Below are positions 60,732 through 64,000 of a DNA stretch of 64,000 nucleotides, in pieces. Each line of letters starts with the position of its first letter. The first letter of the stretch is position 1. A program made the position numbers and the translations under genes. The notes under the pieces were generated by a model. The model worked only from the letters and a program-made list of their open reading frames with translations, made no database searches and was not told the origin of the DNA. The stretch comes from an uncultured Staphylococcaceae bacterium (GTDB taxonomy: Bacteria; Bacillota_I; Bacilli_A; ML615J-28; CAG-313), in NCBI GenBank assembly GCA_964384805.1, contig CAYLLO010000001.1:5623-69622 (forward strand). Direction: 5' to 3'.

Positions 60732-62917
60732 TATATTTTAAATTTGCCTATGTCTATGCTTTTCACATAGAAACGTGTCATACGCATTTGAGCATTAGCT
60801 ACAATATTATTTTTATTAGCAAAAAGAGATTGAAAATTAAAGTTAATAATACTTGAATTTACTTCTAAAGTAGAAGGTTGATTCCAAATATCGGAATAAC
60901 GTCCATTAACAAATTTCTGCAAATAAAGTCGAGTTAGTAAAAGTTCATCTTTTTTGAGATAATTTTGTTCTTCTTGTTGTTCCAAAACTTCTAACATATC
61001 TGTAAACGTTGGAAAATCTTTAGCTTTTAGTTTATTAAAATTACTTTTGGCAGTAATTCCTTTATATTCATAAGTTTTGATAACCAAATTATTTATAAAT
61101 TCAATAATGGTATTACTAGCATTTTCTAAGACAATTTTAAAAAAAGATTCTAACATTTTTAAATGTGTATTGAAAGTTATCATCGGTTCGGCAGGTTTTC
61201 CATCTTCTGTTAAAATTTTATAAATATGAAAAGGATTAATACGTCCCTCTTTAGCATTACCCACATCTATAATATTACCACCTAAATTTTTAGTTAGATT
61301 AAGATACTCTGCCTCAGGATCACAAATAATAATACGAGTGTTATTAGACCACTCATTAACAATTAAGTTCTTTAAAAAGAAAGACTTGCCACTTCCACTT
61401 TTTCCAATTACCATCGCATTAGAATTATGATATAAATTATCTCTTTTCCAAATATTAAAAATAAATGGATAGTCATTATTTTTATTTTTTCCTAATAAGA
61501 TACCTTTATCTTCCATAACACATGTTCTAACAAACGGGAAAACAGCCGCTAAAGTCATACTATTTAAACCTCGTTCATAGTTTTGACAATATGATTGAGG
61601 ATTAACAGATGCATTAATAAATCCCTCTTTTTGTTTACAATACATATTTGAACTTCTAAAATTATCATTTAATAAAATTTGTTTAACATTTTTTTTATAA
61701 TTTATATTATTCATATAGTTATAAGCTGTAATAGTAATATTAACATCATATAAACTTTCATTTTCTGACTGTAAACTGTCTAATAACTCTAACATAGTTT
61801 CTTTATGAATATTTGCAGCCTTATAATCGCTTGCTTTTTCACTTAAAAATTCTTTGGTTTCCAATTCGGAAAGACAATTATCTATTCTTTTTATTGCTTT
61901 ACTTTTTTCAACTGGTTTAATTCTCATAACCACTTTAGTATCAGGAATATTAAATATATTATGCCCCCAAGCATTTTTTACTTTCAAAGGATAATCAGTA
62001 ATTGAAAAAACTGAAGCCTCTATATGATCTATTAGATACTTATTACTGGCATAAACAATCTTTTTAGGCATAATCCAAGTTAATAACTCATCACTTTTTA
62101 AATTATCAACTTCACGCTCATCAAAATTACGTGAGTTATTATATTTTAAAAAAACAGCAACTTCTTTTTGATTTAAAACTTTAGTATCTAAACCACATTT
62201 ATTTATTTCTGAACTAATATTAATAGTCGACATTTCAATCTCTGATTTTTTATTACTATAAAGAATCAAATAATAATCAGAAACATATTGTTTAAAAATA
62301 TTATTCAAATTATCAATATAATCTATTCGTTCTTTTAAAATATTACCTCGTATTTTATTAATCTTATTTACTGGTTCTTTTTTATTCTCTTGTATTTTAT
62401 TAAATAAATCATTGGAAAAACTATCAAAATTTACTGGTCTATCTATTTTTACAATATCAATAACTTGATTTATTTCCAATTGTTTCAAAGCATTAGAAAA
62501 ATAATTTATATCTAAATCTTGTTCTTCAATATCTTCTATTCCAAAATTTTTTTGTCCTATTTTTAATACTTTGGCGTATTTATTATCCGTAAATTTTATC
62601 ACTCCCTGTTCATCTATTTCTTCTAGTAAAAATAACTTATTCATTTCTTCTAAATTTGTATTATCAAATTTCTTTTTTCCTAAAATAAATTTTAAAGTAT
62701 TAATAATAAAATTATAGAAAAAGCCATCAGGAGTAGGGATAAACATAACTATATAACTTAGTAAAATAATTAATGATATTACTAAAAAACCTTTTATTAA
62801 AAGAATAAAAACAATGAAAAATATAACTAAACTAATTAAAATATCACTAATTGTAAAGGATTTCCAAATAGTATTTTTTATTTTTGTTTTTTTAGGTACT
62901 ATGCGCATTTTTTTCAC
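60731..62917 (-). CDS. VirB3/VirB4-fusion conjugal transfer ATPase, N-terminal part
   Basis: N-terminal two-TM VirB3-like segment; Walker A VIGKSGSGKS and VirB4-type Walker B IIICDPEAEY; ORF runs on into intron sequence until stop at 60731. Confidence 0.7.
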   Translation of the reverse strand: MKKMRIVPKKTKIKNTIWKSFTISDILISLVIFFIVFILLIKGFLVISLIILLSYIVMFIPTPDGFFYNFIINTLKFILGKKKFDNTNLEEMNKLFLLEEIDEQGVIKFTDNKYAKVLKIGQKNFGIEDIEEQDLDINYFSNALKQLEINQVIDIVKIDRPVNFDSFSNDLFNKIQENKKEPVNKINKIRGNILKERIDYIDNLNNIFKQYVSDYYLILYSNKKSEIEMSTINISSEINKCGLDTKVLNQKEVAVFLKYNNSRNFDEREVDNLKSDELLTWIMPKKIVYASNKYLIDHIEASVFSITDYPLKVKNAWGHNIFNIPDTKVVMRIKPVEKSKAIKRIDNCLSELETKEFLSEKASDYKAANIHKETMLELLDSLQSENESLYDVNITITAYNYMNNINYKKNVKQILLNDNFRSSNMYCKQKEGFINASVNPQSYCQNYERGLNSMTLAAVFPFVRTCVMEDKGILLGKNKNNDYPFIFNIWKRDNLYHNSNAMVIGKSGSGKSFFLKNLIVNEWSNNTRIIICDPEAEYLNLTKNLGGNIIDVGNAKEGRINPFHIYKILTEDGKPAEPMITFNTHLKMLESFFKIVLENASNTIIEFINNLVIKTYEYKGITAKSNFNKLKAKDFPTFTDMLEVLEQQEEQNYLKKDELLLTRLYLQKFVNGRYSDIWNQPSTLEVNSSIINFNFQSLFANKNNIVANAQMRMTRFYVKSIDIGKFKI

Positions 62918-63980
62918 CTTTTTGATATAATTCGCTAAATCGATGATTAGAATTTTCCCTATAATAATGAATAGGTAAATATTGGTGTTTGGTAAATAAA
63001 TTAAAAATATTATTTGTTGGGTTATTAACTTTTTTTAAGATATGGCCAATTAGCTTTTGACCTAGTGGAACACTTAAGGTAAAAGCCGACAAAACCATTA
63101 ATTTAAAAATATTATCAGCTGATTTGGTTATATTAGGAATTGTAAATTCTAAGACTATTGGTAACATAAAATGATATAAATTTATCGTTAGAATATTTAC
63201 ATGTGTAATCATTAATTTATTTATAAAGCATTCAGTCCATTTTTTTAATCTTTCTCCGTTATCTAATGGAATTGTTGAAACAGATAATGGCATTATTAAA
63301 TATAATAATATTACTTCATATATACGTTTAATTAACTTGATAATTATGAAAAGAAAGGAAAATAAAATTATTATCGTTGTAATTATTCCTGGTAAAAATA
63401 AAAACTTTTCAGGATTAATCATTCCATTATTTTGCCATGCAATCGGAAAAACATTATTATTTGTAACATAATCACCAAACAATTTATCGATCGTTATAGT
63501 GTTGAAATCAATTTCATTTATTGAATAATCATTCAGCCACTCATCAACACAAAGTTCAAAAACTAAATTTGATATTTTTAAAGTGGCATCAATATTAAAC
63601 GTATTATTAATCATTCTAAATAAAACATTACTTAATATGATTGCCATTGTTGCTACTAATAATACAATCATAATTGAAAAAATAGCTAACAAAAACTTTC
63701 CAATCACATTAAACAAAGTATTTCTATTAGTAATCATTGTTTTTATAATCGTAATAATAGAAAATACTCCTATAAAAATAATAGTTAATATTAAAATATG
63801 TGAAAAAAGATTATTTATTATTGAATGTTTTAAGAAATATTCAATACTATTTACTGTATCAAATTGAAACCCAAAAGTATCCAAACTTATAGTATGTGAA
63901 AAAATTTCAAGAATTTTATCAATCAAATTTAATGACCAAATTATAATTTGTAATAACCATTCTTTAAAAAATATTAACAT
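62892..63980 (-). CDS. polytopic membrane protein, VirB6/TrbL-like conjugal transfer protein
   Basis: 362 aa, 6 or more TM helices; immediately upstream of and overlapping the VirB4 gene; GAGGG RBS. Confidence 0.4.
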   Translation of the reverse strand: MLIFFKEWLLQIIIWSLNLIDKILEIFSHTISLDTFGFQFDTVNSIEYFLKHSIINNLFSHILILTIIFIGVFSIITIIKTMITNRNTLFNVIGKFLLAIFSIMIVLLVATMAIILSNVLFRMINNTFNIDATLKISNLVFELCVDEWLNDYSINEIDFNTITIDKLFGDYVTNNNVFPIAWQNNGMINPEKFLFLPGIITTIIILFSFLFIIIKLIKRIYEVILLYLIMPLSVSTIPLDNGERLKKWTECFINKLMITHVNILTINLYHFMLPIVLEFTIPNITKSADNIFKLMVLSAFTLSVPLGQKLIGHILKKVNNPTNNIFNLFTKHQYLPIHYYRENSNHRFSELYQKGEKNAHST

Positions 63981-64000
63981 TTTTACCCTCTATAACAATG

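Noticed and set aside
1-64000. CRISPR arrays, rRNA operons, prophage structural genes
   Set aside because: No regularly spaced direct repeats of 25-40 nt with unique spacers were seen. No 16S/23S signature blocks. No capsid, terminase or tail genes among the translated ORFs.

Overview
Very AT-rich (roughly 27-30% GC by eye) chromosomal segment of an endospore-forming Firmicute, using the standard genetic code. It is densely packed with housekeeping genes, mostly on the minus strand, in an order closely matching Bacillus/Clostridium synteny. The runs recognised are lepA-hemW, xerD-deoB, rluB-spmB-spmA-dacB, miaA-mutL-mutS, obg-rpmA-prp-rplU, spoIVFB/spoIVFA-like-radC-folC-valS, nadE, murD-mraY-murE-pbp(SpoVD-like)-rsmH, rpmF-yceD, engB, rnpB-pnp-rpsO-ribF-truB. 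Non-coding elements found: RNase P RNA (type B) starting 4 nt after the pnp stop, a valS T-box leader, a probable L21 leader, and several rho-independent terminators. Accessory or unusual content: (i) an IS110-family element whose transposase has two in-frame nonsense codons, inserted between the pbp gene and murE in a fragmented dcw cluster that lacks mraZ and ftsL; (ii) a small IS30-family remnant bounded by inverted repeats; (iii) a 607-aa fusion of a GltD-like FeS/FAD oxidoreductase to NaMN adenylyltransferase (NadD) next to nadE; (iv) a two-gene operon of a Fic-fold protein with a degenerate active-site motif plus a PHP phosphoesterase; (v) at the right end, the start of a conjugative type-IV-secretion module (VirB6-like, VirB3/VirB4 fusion, Cys-repeat surface protein) in which the VirB4 ATPase gene is split by an ~0.8 kb ORF-less insert carrying a near-consensus group II intron domain V. 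No CRISPR array, rRNA or tRNA gene was found. All calls are from reading the sequence and ORF translations; no database search was run.
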